Notes: generated from the letters alone by a model not told the origin. A stretch of 64,000 nucleotides of DNA from Desulfobacterales bacterium (GCA_030066985.1 JASJAN010000001.1:69976-133975), one strand, 5' to 3'; numbered from the stretch's first letter, positions 1 to 10,210 are shown. Made by a program: numbers and translations.

Positions 1-114
1 AAGTGGCCTAAAGTGACTAAAGTTAAGGAATACTGCCATTTTAATAAAAAATGATGGAGCAGAGCGACACCACAACTTTAGGCACTTTAGCTCATTTTAG
101 GCATTTTAGACACT
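1..114. repeat. Oligomer-arm inverted repeat (element A). Left arm is 1-24 and right arm 74-114. The unit is ~GTGNCTAAA / TTTAGNCAC. The window edge may cut it.
   Basis: Left arm reads aagtggcctaaagtgactaaagtt. The right arm aactttaggcactttagctcattttaggcattttagacact is tandem copies of the complementary word. Confidence 0.5.
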
Positions 115-178
115 CCTTTTTATCTAGCAAATGCTGAGGTGCTCCTGTGTTTATGGAGCTTAGTCATATTAATGAAGA

Positions 179-1102
179 TCAAGGGGTGTTAATCACTGCC
201 AGCATTTCGTCAACGATCCGGTCGGCATCTTTGTACGCCACCTGGCAGGTCCCGACCTTTTTATGACCGCCACCACCATATTTGAGGGTTAATGACCCCA
301 CATCAACGGTGGCAGTCGGGTTAATGATACTGTGCCCGACCGAAATCATCGCAAAGGCCTTGTTCTTGCCGTTCGCAATTCGTATGGAAATATTCTGCCT
401 GGGATACAGGACATATTCCATAAAACGGTTGCCGACCGGGATGCTCTCACAGTTCCGCAGATCAAGAACAAGGGCATCCCCTTCGATTCTGGCCGTCTGG
501 GTAATCAGCTGCTCGTATTTGCGATTTTCTTCCTGATAAAGAACCACCCGCTCCTGAAAATCGGATAGCTTCAATATGTCGTCTACCTTTAGGGTGCGCA
601 GCAATCGAGGCAATTTTTTCATGAGCTCCAAATTGCTGATGGTAAAGCTGCGTTTATAGCCGAGGCCGGTGCGTGGATCGGAGATAAATGCCAGCATGGT
701 CCAGCCTTTTGGATGAAGAATTTCCTCTTTGGTAAATTGGGCCGAATCGGCTTTACCGGCAATTTCAATCAGCTCCTTAAATTTGGTTAACTTATCTGCA
801 TAATCTTTTTTCCGTCTGTAGTAATCATAGACGACTTGAGCGGCACTGGGTGCGTTTTTACTGGCACCTTTAAACCTGCCATCTAGCTGCAAGCGTTCAT
901 ATTCACTGGAATGATGATCAAACCAAAGCCCACAACCGTCGACAAAAGGCACATTTGCCAGAATATCATTTTTAGTGACGGCAATCTTGTTGTCCTGCAA
1001 GTCCTTGGGATGCACGTACAGGATATCATCGATAAGCCCCAGTTCCTCAAGAATGGCCGTACAGACTGAACCGTCAAAATCCGATCGCGTCAGTAATCTC
1101 AA
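179..1102 (-). CDS. DHH-family phosphoesterase (DHH/DHHA1, NrnA/exopolyphosphatase-related)
   Basis: Motifs DFDGSVC, WFDHHSS and C-terminal GGGGHKKVG. The preferred start is TTG 1102 (MRLLTRSDFDG), 6 nt after GGGAG. The longest ORF would start at ATG 1177. Confidence 0.75.
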   Translation of the reverse strand: MRLLTRSDFDGSVCTAILEELGLIDDILYVHPKDLQDNKIAVTKNDILANVPFVDGCGLWFDHHSSEYERLQLDGRFKGASKNAPSAAQVVYDYYRRKKDYADKLTKFKELIEIAGKADSAQFTKEEILHPKGWTMLAFISDPRTGLGYKRSFTISNLELMKKLPRLLRTLKVDDILKLSDFQERVVLYQEENRKYEQLITQTARIEGDALVLDLRNCESIPVGNRFMEYVLYPRQNISIRIANGKNKAFAMISVGHSIINPTATVDVGSLTLKYGGGGHKKVGTCQVAYKDADRIVDEMLAVINTP

Positions 1103-1175
1103 TAGTAGCTCCCTTTTTATGCCACCGCTTCCGTTATAAATATGTTTAGTATAAAATATTTTATAACATTGGGCC

Positions 1176-1215
1176 AATTTTTATATCGTAAAACCAAGGT
1201 GCCGATATAAAAATT
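1176..1215. promoter_or_regulatory. Perfect 13-bp inverted repeat upstream of the DHH gene; candidate operator
   Basis: aatttttatatcg (1176-1188) and cgatataaaaatt (1203-1215) are exact reverse complements with a 14-nt spacer. The repeat lies ~75-110 nt upstream of the TTG start. Confidence 0.3.
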
Positions 1216-1582
1216 AAACCCATTCAAAACAAGGTGTATCGAATAGATATCGGCATGTTTCAGGGAAAACATAAATTTGGCGTCATCTTAATTTCACAAA
1301 AGGACGTGTTGTTTTCCGGCAGGCGCGCTATCGAACCAAAACCATCCATCATCGTTAGGGATCACGTATTGCATGTGATTCGCACATAAGTCCATGTAAT
1401 ACCATACAATTTGGACTGGATTCCCAATATGAAGCCACCTGTAAGCGGGGTCTCATAGGGACTGCAGAGCACGTTAAATGCACTATACCGACACGAAATT
1501 TCGCCTCGCCGAAGGGAAAACGTCATGACTGTACCACGATTCTTTCGCTCCGGAACCTTTACTTTGCACCAAGACATTGCTT

Positions 1583-2296
1583 CTAGGGCAAAGACATAAC
1601 GGACGTCCAGCGCTCGTATTCGGTTACATGGGGCAGTGCTCTTGCTTTCAGGATGGCGATCATAGCAGGATCATTGAATCTTAAAAATGGATTGATTTTA
1701 TGCTCTTGTTCAAGGCTGGAGCAGACGCAATGGGGATCATAATTTTCACGGAAGCGATCGATCTCTGAATTTGAAGGTTCAATTAATTTGGCGACCTGCA
1801 TGGAATAGTTGACATAGTCATGGCCGGCATAGATGCGGGTATGATCGGAAAAACCCATAATCAATTTGATGGATTCGAAAAACCGCTGCATGCCACCGGA
1901 AAAACAGCTGCCCACATTACCGTTGAAAAGTGTATCGCCGGTTAAAAGCGTGTCGGCTGTATGGAAAATGACCGAGTCTTCGGTATGGCCAGGGGTGTGG
2001 TACACCCTGATTTTATGGCCATCAAGCACCAATTCCCTGATCCTGCTCAAGCTCTGTGCGTTCAGGTGTGCGGCGCTGGTGTGATCGATCAGCTGTTGAT
2101 GACCGCAGATATGATCCGGATGCGAGTGAGTCTGGGTGACAATATCAAGTTGCAACCCCCGGGCATTGATATATTCGAGCATCGCTTCGACGGCGCCCCC
2201 ATCGACCGCCAAAGCGGAAGTTTTCCCGTAAATCAGATAGCCCAGATTATCGGTTGCGTAGCGAAACTGTTTGACATGTAAGCGCATGTCGGCCAT
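1583..2296 (-). CDS. gloB: Hydroxyacylglutathione hydrolase-like MBL-fold hydrolase (glyoxalase II)
   Basis: HSHPDH (HxHxDH) metal motif, TPGHT, AGHDY and C-terminal NPFLR. The ATG overlaps the upstream stop (TAATG), which suggests translational coupling. Confidence 0.75.
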   Translation of the reverse strand: MADMRLHVKQFRYATDNLGYLIYGKTSALAVDGGAVEAMLEYINARGLQLDIVTQTHSHPDHICGHQQLIDHTSAAHLNAQSLSRIRELVLDGHKIRVYHTPGHTEDSVIFHTADTLLTGDTLFNGNVGSCFSGGMQRFFESIKLIMGFSDHTRIYAGHDYVNYSMQVAKLIEPSNSEIDRFRENYDPHCVCSSLEQEHKINPFLRFNDPAMIAILKARALPHVTEYERWTSVMSLP

Positions 2297-3336
2297 TAAA
2301 CACCGGCCTCTTCGGGTGTGATCACCCGCATCTGACGTCTCTGGCCACGAATAAGGTCAATTTCAACCGGTTTTCCGATGGGCCATTCCGCCAGAAAACG
2401 ATGCAGGTCATCGACACTTTCAACATCCACCTGGTTGATGGCCACGATTAAATCATTGACCCGCAATCCGGCCTGTGCGGCCGGGCTAGCAGATTCGATG
2501 GTTAACACCTCGACGGCATGACGCTTGTTTAAACCGTGAAAGCGAACGATGGGGCGGTCAAGGGGCCGCTGCCGACCTGCAATGCCCAGATAGCCGCGGC
2601 GCACCCGTCCATGAGAAAGAATCTGGGACACCACCCACCGGGCAGTTGTGCCCGGAATCGAAAAACCGATCCCCTGGGCCATGGGAATAATAGCGGTATT
2701 GATGCCCACCACCCTGCCGGCTGAATCGACCAGCGGCCCGCCGGAGTTTCCGGGATTCAGCGGTGCCGTGTGCTGGATGATATTTTCAATCAACCGTCCC
2801 TGGGTGCTTCGAAGCGCCCTTCCCAGCGCACTGATCACACCTGTGGTGACGGTCGATTGAAAACCAAAGGGATTTCCCATGGCAATGATCAATTGACCGA
2901 CACGCAACCGCTCGGAGCTGCCCAGTGTTGAGCACGGCAAATAAGCGGTATCCGCCCGGATAACGGCCAGGTCGGTTGCCGGGTCCTGGCCGATGAGAGT
3001 GGCTGAGAGCGAGGTGCCGTCGGTCAAGCGGACGTTCAGCCGATCGGCATTTTGCACCACATGATCGTTGGTCAGAATATAGCCATCCGGGGCAATGACC
3101 ACACCGGAACCGGCGCCGGTCTGATCCGCTTCAGTGCCGCGCCGCTGTTGACCGACTGCAATGCTGACCACAGCCGGGCCCACTGAATCCACCACCGAAA
3201 CCACCGCCCGCGAATACGCGTCAAGCAACTCCAAATCGGCATCTCCGGCCGGTCTGTGCTCCGATGATTCGGTGGCATTGCTGTCGTCCGATTCTGCCGC
3301 GATTAATTTCAGCAGGTGCTCCAGTTGGGCATTCAT
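2296..3336 (-). CDS. HtrA/DegP-family trypsin-like serine protease with C-terminal PDZ domain
   Basis: Catalytic-triad contexts TNDHVV, DLAVI and GNSGGPL, followed by a PDZ-like C-terminus (GLRVNDLIVAINQ). Confidence 0.85.
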   Translation of the reverse strand: MNAQLEHLLKLIAAESDDSNATESSEHRPAGDADLELLDAYSRAVVSVVDSVGPAVVSIAVGQQRRGTEADQTGAGSGVVIAPDGYILTNDHVVQNADRLNVRLTDGTSLSATLIGQDPATDLAVIRADTAYLPCSTLGSSERLRVGQLIIAMGNPFGFQSTVTTGVISALGRALRSTQGRLIENIIQHTAPLNPGNSGGPLVDSAGRVVGINTAIIPMAQGIGFSIPGTTARWVVSQILSHGRVRRGYLGIAGRQRPLDRPIVRFHGLNKRHAVEVLTIESASPAAQAGLRVNDLIVAINQVDVESVDDLHRFLAEWPIGKPVEIDLIRGQRRQMRVITPEEAGV

Positions 3337-3602
3337 TTACCAATGTCCTTCGGCGTTTTATGATACAGCGCAGGCTGTACTTGGTAACGATAACTAGACT
3401 AAAGATAGATATGCGATTTGGCAATTCAAGCCTGCGTCACAAAATAAAGGCCGAAAAAGCAGTGTTTTGTAAATGATTGACGTTATCTTTGAACGCCTTG
3501 ATATTTCGAGATTAGCTGCTTAAGTTCACCAAGTGGCCGAAGCTGCTTCAGTCTATTAGCCCTCGTCGAGATTGATTTAGCAGCCGCCCGCCAGTCGCAG
3601 AC

Positions 3603-6600
3603 CTATCGCAGCTGAACTTCCTGAAAGGGCAGGTTCCGACTGCGCGCCAGGCGTTTGAGGTTTTCTTCCAGAGTTTCCGCCTTGCCGTCTGGTGACGACA
3701 CGCTGATGCTTTTATCTCCCACGATAAAAATTTGAACTTTTTGGGGATCAAGAAGCTGCAGCGCCAATCGGTGCAGATCTTCTTTGGTGGCACTCATGTA
3801 GGCATCCTGAATTCGTTCGAGGGTATCCAGTGGCTCCCGGCGCAAATGGTAACGCCCGTATACATCCACCAGCTCGGATTTGGTATCCACGTTAAAAACA
3901 AAGCTGTTGAGCGCATCCAGTCGCTTTAGTTCCAACTCTTTTTCGGGAATCTTATCGCGCAGGGCATCCATCAGTTTTAGCGTTTCCGCAATCGCTGCAG
4001 TGGTCTGATCGCCTTTGCAGCCAATGTAACCCACCAATTGGCCGGCCTGCCATTTATAAATTTGGTAAAAGCCGGCTGAGTAAACCAGACCCAGATCATC
4101 GCGCAACCGTTTGTACATCAGCGAGTCATTGCCTCCAAAAACAGTCATCAAAAGGCTGGCTTTCCAGTAATCCGGGTGGGTGCGTTTGACACTCGGCAAG
4201 CTCAAAATCACCTGAGATTGCACCTGGCCGGGTTTGTCGACCAGCACCACAACCGGTGGGGTCACGGCCGGATCCTTTAAATTTCGCTGCGGCGCCGGAC
4301 GTTTCGGAAAAGCCTGTAAAAAAGGCCTCAAACCGGCAGTGATTTGATCTTTGTTGGTATCCCCGGCGATGGCAATGGTCATGTTTTCAGGGACAAAGTA
4401 AGTCTTTAAAAAGTCCTCCAGTGCTTTAGATGATATGTCGGGTATTGTCTGCAGGCCGATCAGCGGATCTCGGCCATAAGGGTGATCGTTGAAATGCCAT
4501 ATTTTACTTTCACGCATGGCCACCGACATGGCATTGCCCCCCTGCCGTTTTAGCGATACAAGCTCCTGGTTTTTGGCCACCTGCAGGACACCCGGATCAA
4601 AACCGGGTTGTGTCAGCACCTCCTGCAATAGCTTCAGCCCCTTTTCCCAGTCAGCTCTCATCACCGAAAGCCGAACCGAGGTCTGCTCTTCATCCACCGA
4701 CACGCTGAGTTGAATGGCATTTTCATCCAGTACCAGGGCCAGCTCGTTGGGTGACAGTGTCCGGGTTCCACCGCGTACAATCACGTTGCTGAAAATATCG
4801 GCTAAACCGGTCTTGGACTTCTCAAGGTCAACCGATCCAGCCTTTAACAAAATCGTCAGATCAATCAGCGGCAATTCGGTATCCGGCAAGAAAAACACTT
4901 TGACCTTTTCGACCTCAAAGGTCTGGGCCCGGGGGTATACAATTTTTTGAGGGTCGCGTTTAAAAGAGAGCGGATGCTTCCATTTCTTAGGTGTGGGAAA
5001 CTCGGACCTGTTTTTGAAGTCACCCTGATAAGTCAAATTGGCTGCCGCGCCAGAGCTAATATTGCGCACTTCGGTGTATTGGGCGGGCGGTTTATCGGGT
5101 TTACCACCGGGTATCACATAAGCCACGGTTTTATTGGTGGAGCGAATATATTTTTGAGCTGCGGCTTGGATGTCGGCGGGCGTAACCGCATCCAGTTGTG
5201 CCAGATAGTCAGCTAAATAGCGCCAGCCCACCTGTACCTCAAGGGTCGCCAACGTGCCGGCCAGGCTTTCGTTGCTGCGCATGCGGTCCAAAAAGTCCCG
5301 CTGGTTGAGTTTTTTAATGCGCGCCAGCTCGCGTGCAGATACTGGTGCGGTTTTAAATTTTTCGATTTCAGCAACCAGCAGGGCTTCGAGCTTTTCACAG
5401 GCGGCCAGATAGGCCTGCCGCCGCTGGTCTTCACTCATCTGATCGGCGCCCTGTTTGAAAGCTTGAGGCTCATTGGGTGATCCGCCGACAATCAGCATGC
5501 CGCCATAGCGATTATCCGGATTATAGGCCCAGGCCTCAACAGCCAACCCCTGGTTGATGATATTCTGGGTCATGCGCGCGCCCCGCCCATGGCTCAGGAC
5601 CATTGTTAGAGCATCGAGGGCATAAAAATCAGCAGTGCCCATTTGAGCGCCATGGTAGCCGATTCTGACCAGCGGTGTGCGCGCGCCCTTTAAAAAACGT
5701 ATGTTCCTGCGCGGTCCCTGCTGGAGCGGCTCCTGTGTGACCCTTTCAGGGGCGCGTGTTCCGGCCGGGTAACGCGCAAAATAGGTTTTGGCCATTTGTT
5801 TGGCCTGTGCCACAGTGACATCTCCGACCAGCACGCAAACCGCATTGGCGGGATTGTAGTATTTTTTGTGAAAATCAATGGCATCCTGAGTGCTGTATTT
5901 TTCCATATCGCTTTTCCAGCCGATGGTCGGATTGCGATACGGGTGGGCGGTATAGGCGGTTGCATTCAGATCCAGCCAGGCCGCCCCGCCAGGATCATTG
6001 ATGTAACGAAAGGCCCACTCCCGCTGCACCACTTCTTTTTCAACGTAAAATTCACGCCAGGAGGGTTCAAGAATCTGTTCACTGGCGATGGAAAACCATT
6101 GTTCCAGCATGTCCGAAGGGACCGAAGCAATATACTGCGTCTGATCTTTGGATGTAAACGCATTGATACCCACTGCCCCGATTTTACCCAACTGGGATGA
6201 AAATGCCTGGGGCACATAGATTTTCTGGACTTCAGCGCGCAATTTTTCCATTTCAGCGCGTTTTTGCTCGATCAGCTTCTCGTTGGGAGATCGTTTCTCC
6301 TGCTCACTGAGAATGCTTTGATAGGCGGCTTCAATTTGCTGTTGCAGTTTTGCGTCTTTGGCAATATCCAGGGTGCCAAAATTTTTAGTCCCCTTGAACA
6401 TCATATGCTCGAGCAAATGCGCAATACCGGTGCGACCGGTTTCTTCGAGGGACGATCCGGCACGGATTGCCAGGCGGACGGCTACCTGGGGGGTTGCCGG
6501 CCGTTCTACCACCAAAAACAGCATCCCGTTTTCCAGCTGAAATTCTTTGACATTAAGCTGAATATCAAGCGTTGAATCCGCAGCCGGGATAGGGTCTGCG

Positions 6601-6650
6601 GTCAAAAACAAAAGCAGGAAACCGAAAAGCAGCAATTTTTTGATACGCAT
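3603..6650 (-). CDS. Secreted M16 (pitrilysin/insulinase) zinc peptidase; double-length fused form
   Basis: N-terminal signal peptide MRIKKLLLFGFLLLFL and the HLLEHMMFKGT (HxxEH) zinc motif. At 1015 aa it equals two tandem M16 modules. Confidence 0.85.
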   Translation of the reverse strand: MRIKKLLLFGFLLLFLTADPIPAADSTLDIQLNVKEFQLENGMLFLVVERPATPQVAVRLAIRAGSSLEETGRTGIAHLLEHMMFKGTKNFGTLDIAKDAKLQQQIEAAYQSILSEQEKRSPNEKLIEQKRAEMEKLRAEVQKIYVPQAFSSQLGKIGAVGINAFTSKDQTQYIASVPSDMLEQWFSIASEQILEPSWREFYVEKEVVQREWAFRYINDPGGAAWLDLNATAYTAHPYRNPTIGWKSDMEKYSTQDAIDFHKKYYNPANAVCVLVGDVTVAQAKQMAKTYFARYPAGTRAPERVTQEPLQQGPRRNIRFLKGARTPLVRIGYHGAQMGTADFYALDALTMVLSHGRGARMTQNIINQGLAVEAWAYNPDNRYGGMLIVGGSPNEPQAFKQGADQMSEDQRRQAYLAACEKLEALLVAEIEKFKTAPVSARELARIKKLNQRDFLDRMRSNESLAGTLATLEVQVGWRYLADYLAQLDAVTPADIQAAAQKYIRSTNKTVAYVIPGGKPDKPPAQYTEVRNISSGAAANLTYQGDFKNRSEFPTPKKWKHPLSFKRDPQKIVYPRAQTFEVEKVKVFFLPDTELPLIDLTILLKAGSVDLEKSKTGLADIFSNVIVRGGTRTLSPNELALVLDENAIQLSVSVDEEQTSVRLSVMRADWEKGLKLLQEVLTQPGFDPGVLQVAKNQELVSLKRQGGNAMSVAMRESKIWHFNDHPYGRDPLIGLQTIPDISSKALEDFLKTYFVPENMTIAIAGDTNKDQITAGLRPFLQAFPKRPAPQRNLKDPAVTPPVVVLVDKPGQVQSQVILSLPSVKRTHPDYWKASLLMTVFGGNDSLMYKRLRDDLGLVYSAGFYQIYKWQAGQLVGYIGCKGDQTTAAIAETLKLMDALRDKIPEKELELKRLDALNSFVFNVDTKSELVDVYGRYHLRREPLDTLERIQDAYMSATKEDLHRLALQLLDPQKVQIFIVGDKSISVSSPDGKAETLEENLKRLARSRNLPFQEVQLR

Positions 6651-6846
6651 GGGTGTGTCTCCGTTAATCGTTAGGATAGTGCAGCTTTTTTAAGCTCAAT
6701 GAACCAATAATCATCAAAAATCATACAAGCCTATATTTTAATGGTCAAAATTAATTTGTCAAAACTCAGAGCGCATATTCGACTCTGTTTTGAGACCCGA
6801 AAATGGAGGGTATAACAAATTTCCACTAAAATCCAAGTGCCAGCCC

Positions 6847-6885
6847 ATAAAAAACGGCCCGGTATTTAAGGGTTACCCGGCCGTT
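6847..6885 (-). terminator. Rho-independent terminator (minus strand)
   Basis: aacggcccggta / tacccggccgtt stem (11 of 12 bp). On the minus strand it is followed by TTTTTT. It lies ~190 nt downstream of the stop at 7076. Confidence 0.6.
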
Positions 6886-7075
6886 CGCAATGAATCTTAA
6901 GTTTAATTAAGTATTTGTATTTATTTATTTTTTAATTTTTACAGGGATAGAGATGGGCCCATCAAAACGCTGACCTTCACGCAATAGATGATCAGTCCCG
7001 CTTGGCCGGAGTTAATGGTGCATATCGTGGCCGAATATCGCGAACACCCAGCCCCCCAACCATTTTGGCTGCAAA

Positions 7076-7714
7076 TCAGGCTTCGTACATGACCGCCACG
7101 ATGGTGGCTTTGCCCTTTTTGGCGGCAATGTGGTGGGTGGTGGTCGACAGGTAATAGGCACTGTCACCCGGCTCAAGTTCAAAGCGATCCTCACCGATTT
7201 CCAAAACCACTTCGCCATCGAGCACAAAGATAAATTCTTCGCCTTCGTGCAGCGAGGTTTCCTTATCGGGATCTTCTTCGAGCTGAACCAAAAAAGCCTC
7301 CATATGACGCCCCTTCACATCCGGCGCCAGGCTTTTATAGGTATAGATTTGTTTGCGGCTCTTCTGAGATGTCGACCGAGTGATGGTGCGCCGCTCGTTC
7401 TTGCGGGTGATGACATACAGTTTATCGCCCACACCAGATACCAGCCGGCCGAAGGCGCTGTCCAGTGCCTTTGATAGTTTGATCACGGTGCCCAGTTGGG
7501 GCTGCAGCTCTTTATTTTCGATTTTTGACAGAAAATCAACCTCAAAACCCGTCAATTTGGATATCTCATCGAGCGACAGATCCTTTTCTTCCCGGATTTT
7601 GCGGATGCGCTCTCCAACGTCATCCACGCTCTTGGGCGGCTCCACCGGAATATCACCGGTTAAATCTTCAAAAAAGTCAAAGTCAAAATGCGGCTTTTTA
7701 ATTTTATCTTGCAT
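7076..7714 (-). CDS. XRE-family HTH transcriptional regulator with C-terminal cupin domain
   Basis: HTH_3-like segment IRKIREEKDLSLDEISKLTGFEVDFLSKIE, then a cupin-like GEEFIFVLDGEVVLEIGEDRFELEPGDSAYY. Confidence 0.8.
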   Translation of the reverse strand: MQDKIKKPHFDFDFFEDLTGDIPVEPPKSVDDVGERIRKIREEKDLSLDEISKLTGFEVDFLSKIENKELQPQLGTVIKLSKALDSAFGRLVSGVGDKLYVITRKNERRTITRSTSQKSRKQIYTYKSLAPDVKGRHMEAFLVQLEEDPDKETSLHEGEEFIFVLDGEVVLEIGEDRFELEPGDSAYYLSTTTHHIAAKKGKATIVAVMYEA

Positions 7715-7763
7715 TTTAGCTCCTTATGGCAAATCGTTTGGTCTGATTAGATAAACTGCTGGA

Positions 7764-8921
7764 TTACAGACTTTTGGCGCCCAGATACCTGGCGATCACC
7801 AGCCGCTGAACCTCGGAGGTGCCTTCGCCGATTTCAAGCAGTTTCTGGTCTCTGTAAAAACGCTCGATATCATATTCTTTCATCAATCCGTACCCGCCGT
7901 GCAGCTGGACGGCATGATTGGCAGCGCGATACATCACCTCCGAGCAGTACAGCTTGGCCATAGCCGCTTCTTTGGCATAAGGCAGGGCATTGTCATTCAA
8001 CCAGCACGCCTTATACAGCAGCAAACGGGCGCATTCTATTTCGGTGGCCATATCCGCCAGCTTGAAAGCATTGACCTGGAAAGTGGCGATCGGGCGGCCG
8101 AACTGCTCGCGCTCCTGGCTGTATTTCATGGCCATGTCAAAACAGCCCTGAGCGCCACCGAGGCCCATAGCGCCTATGGACAGCCGGCCGCCATCTAAGG
8201 TTTTCATCATCTGGTGAAACCCTTGTCCGCGGGGTCCCAACAGGTTGTCTTTGGGAACCCGGCAATCTTCAAAATACAGTTCACTGGTATTGGAGGCGCG
8301 CCACATGAGCTTGCCGTGCATTTCTTTGGCGGTGTAGCCGGGGGTGCCGGATTCAACGATGATGCAGGACAGTTCCGGTTTGCCGTCATCCCGCACGCCG
8401 GTCCTCGCTAAAACGGTTGAGCCGGTGGTGATATCGGTGGCGGCATTGGTGATAAAAATTTTGCTCCCGTTAATGACCCACTCATTGCCGTCCAAAACGG
8501 CGGTGGTCTGGGTATTGCCGGCATCAGAGCCTGCATTGGGCTCGGTCAGACCGAATCCCCAGAGGGCCTCTCCGCTACACAGCTTGGGCAAATATTTCTT
8601 CTTCTGCTCTTCATTGCCGAAATAATACAGCGGGCCGATACCCAGTGAGTTTTCGGCGGCAACGGTGGCGGCATGCGATCCGTCAACCCGGGCGATTTCT
8701 TCAACCGCTATGATATATGATAAGTAGTCCATGGCTTGGCCGCCATATTGTTCGGAAACAAAAACCCCGAACAGCCCCAGCTCAGCCATTTTCTGCATCG
8801 TATCATAAGAAAATTCTTCTTTTTCATCCAACTCCTTGGCAACCGGCTTGATCTCCTTTTCGGCAAAACTGCGCACCGATTCACGCAAGATCTCATGGTC
8901 AGTTGAAAGGCTAAAATCCAT
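7764..8921 (-). CDS. Acyl-CoA dehydrogenase (short/medium-chain type)
   Basis: ACAD signatures GLTEPNAGSD and EIGEGTSEVQRLVIAR. Start is ATG 8921 directly after AAGGAG; the ORF-track start 8960 adds 13 unlikely residues. Confidence 0.85.
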   Translation of the reverse strand: MDFSLSTDHEILRESVRSFAEKEIKPVAKELDEKEEFSYDTMQKMAELGLFGVFVSEQYGGQAMDYLSYIIAVEEIARVDGSHAATVAAENSLGIGPLYYFGNEEQKKKYLPKLCSGEALWGFGLTEPNAGSDAGNTQTTAVLDGNEWVINGSKIFITNAATDITTGSTVLARTGVRDDGKPELSCIIVESGTPGYTAKEMHGKLMWRASNTSELYFEDCRVPKDNLLGPRGQGFHQMMKTLDGGRLSIGAMGLGGAQGCFDMAMKYSQEREQFGRPIATFQVNAFKLADMATEIECARLLLYKACWLNDNALPYAKEAAMAKLYCSEVMYRAANHAVQLHGGYGLMKEYDIERFYRDQKLLEIGEGTSEVQRLVIARYLGAKSL

Positions 8922-9068
8922 AAGCGCTCCTTTATCATCGGAAAATCCGACAATTATCAATTGGGGTCAGTAAACGAGCATTTTTTTATACGCTGGTCTG
9001 TGGTATGGTACTTGAAACTGGCCCATTTTATAGGCGCAAGACGTCGTGTTGTCAATCGTTATTGCAAA

Positions 9069-9158
9069 GGTTCCGGGTTCACCGTTCTGGGTTCAGGGTC
9101 GTATCTTTGAACCATTTAACCCTGAACCTTTGAGCCCTGAACCTCTGAACCCTGAACC
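9069..9158. repeat. Oligomer-arm inverted repeat (element B; unit GGTTC(N)GG / (CC)TGAACC)
   Basis: Left arm ggttccgggttcaccgttctgggttcagggtc. The right arm has five gaacc-containing units (ccctgaacc repeated). It sits in the divergent region between ACAD and mutM. Confidence 0.7.
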
Positions 9159-9168
9159 TTGACTGAAG

Positions 9169-9999
9169 ATGCCCGAGCTCCCCGAAGTGCAGACCATTGT
9201 CAATGACCTCAACGCTGCCGGCCTGCGAGGCCGAACCATCGATTCGGCCCGGGTTTTTTGGGCCCGCACGATTGCCGAGCCATCAGCCAGGGCATTTTGC
9301 AGCCGCATCAAAGGCCGGACGATCGCAGCCATCAAACGCCGCGGTAAATTCATTGTGTTTGGTTTTCAAAACGGCGGCCACTTGTTGATGCATTTGCGCA
9401 TGTCGGGCCGGCTGCATCTGGTGACCCCGGATCAACCCCGCAAAAAGCACGAGCATGTGCTGCTCGATCTTAGCGGTGGGCAACAGCTGCGCTTCCATGA
9501 TACCCGCAAATTTGGCCGCCTGTATCTGACCGCTGACGCTGCTCAAATTTTGAATCGTCTGGGGCCCGAGCCGCTTTCAAGGGGTTTTACACAAACACAA
9601 TTGGCCGCGGGTCTCAAGCCGCGCAAGCGTCTGTTAAAACCTTTGTTGCTCGATCAGTCCTTTATCGCCGGACTCGGCAATATCTATGTGGATGAAGCCC
9701 TCTGGGAATCAAAGGTTCACCCCTGCCGGAGGGCAGCCTCTTTGTCTGCGACCGAAATTCGAGCACTGTACCGTGCCATACCACGGGTGCTCAAACGGGG
9801 CCTTAAAAATCTGGGAACTTCGCTGGGGACCGGTGAAACCAATTTTTATTCGGTGGCCAGGCATCAGGGCCGCAATCGCGACCAACTGAACGTATTTCGG
9901 CGCACCGGACAGCCATGCCCGCGCTGCCGAACTGAAATTGAGCGCATTATCGTCGGCCAGCGCAGCACGCATATCTGCCCCTTATGCCAGAGGATTTAA
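9169..9999 (+). CDS. mutM: Formamidopyrimidine-DNA glycosylase
   Basis: N-terminal MPELPEV with the catalytic Pro2, and a C-terminal zinc finger CPRC...CPLC. Confidence 0.92.
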   Translation: MPELPEVQTIVNDLNAAGLRGRTIDSARVFWARTIAEPSARAFCSRIKGRTIAAIKRRGKFIVFGFQNGGHLLMHLRMSGRLHLVTPDQPRKKHEHVLLDLSGGQQLRFHDTRKFGRLYLTADAAQILNRLGPEPLSRGFTQTQLAAGLKPRKRLLKPLLLDQSFIAGLGNIYVDEALWESKVHPCRRAASLSATEIRALYRAIPRVLKRGLKNLGTSLGTGETNFYSVARHQGRNRDQLNVFRRTGQPCPRCRTEIERIIVGQRSTHICPLCQRI

Positions 10000-10056
10000 A
10001 TGCGTCTTGCCAATGTAATATAATTTTAGCCAGTTTCAAGCCAAAAGAGTACAAAA

Positions 10057-10132
10057 GGTTTCAGTGTTCAGGTGTCAGGTGTCAGCCCTTCTGATTGTCC
10101 CTGAAACCTGAGACCTGACACCCGAAACCTGA
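10057..10132. repeat. Oligomer-arm inverted repeat (element C); short member of the GGTGTCAG family
   Basis: ggtttcagtgttcaggtgtcaggtgtcag ... ctgaaacctgagacctgacacccgaaacctga. Confidence 0.75.
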
Positions 10133-10210
10133 TGTATATTATGGACTGACAAGAGAATTTAGGTGTTAACCTGACATAGATTAACTGATTTTGAAAAAGA
10201 GGAACAGAAG

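Noticed and set aside
1362-1577. 71-aa minus-strand ORF directly downstream of gloB
   Set aside because: It has no SD and an unusual composition (Cys/Trp/Arg-rich with no recognisable motif). It is left uncalled, and the region is treated as a possible leader or regulatory region instead.
9093-9353. 86-aa minus-strand ORF ending in ...GSGFRGSGLKGSGLNGSKIRP
   Set aside because: The Gly-Ser repeat is simply the translation of the tandem CCTGAACC units of repeat element B. The ORF also runs antisense into mutM and has no SD.
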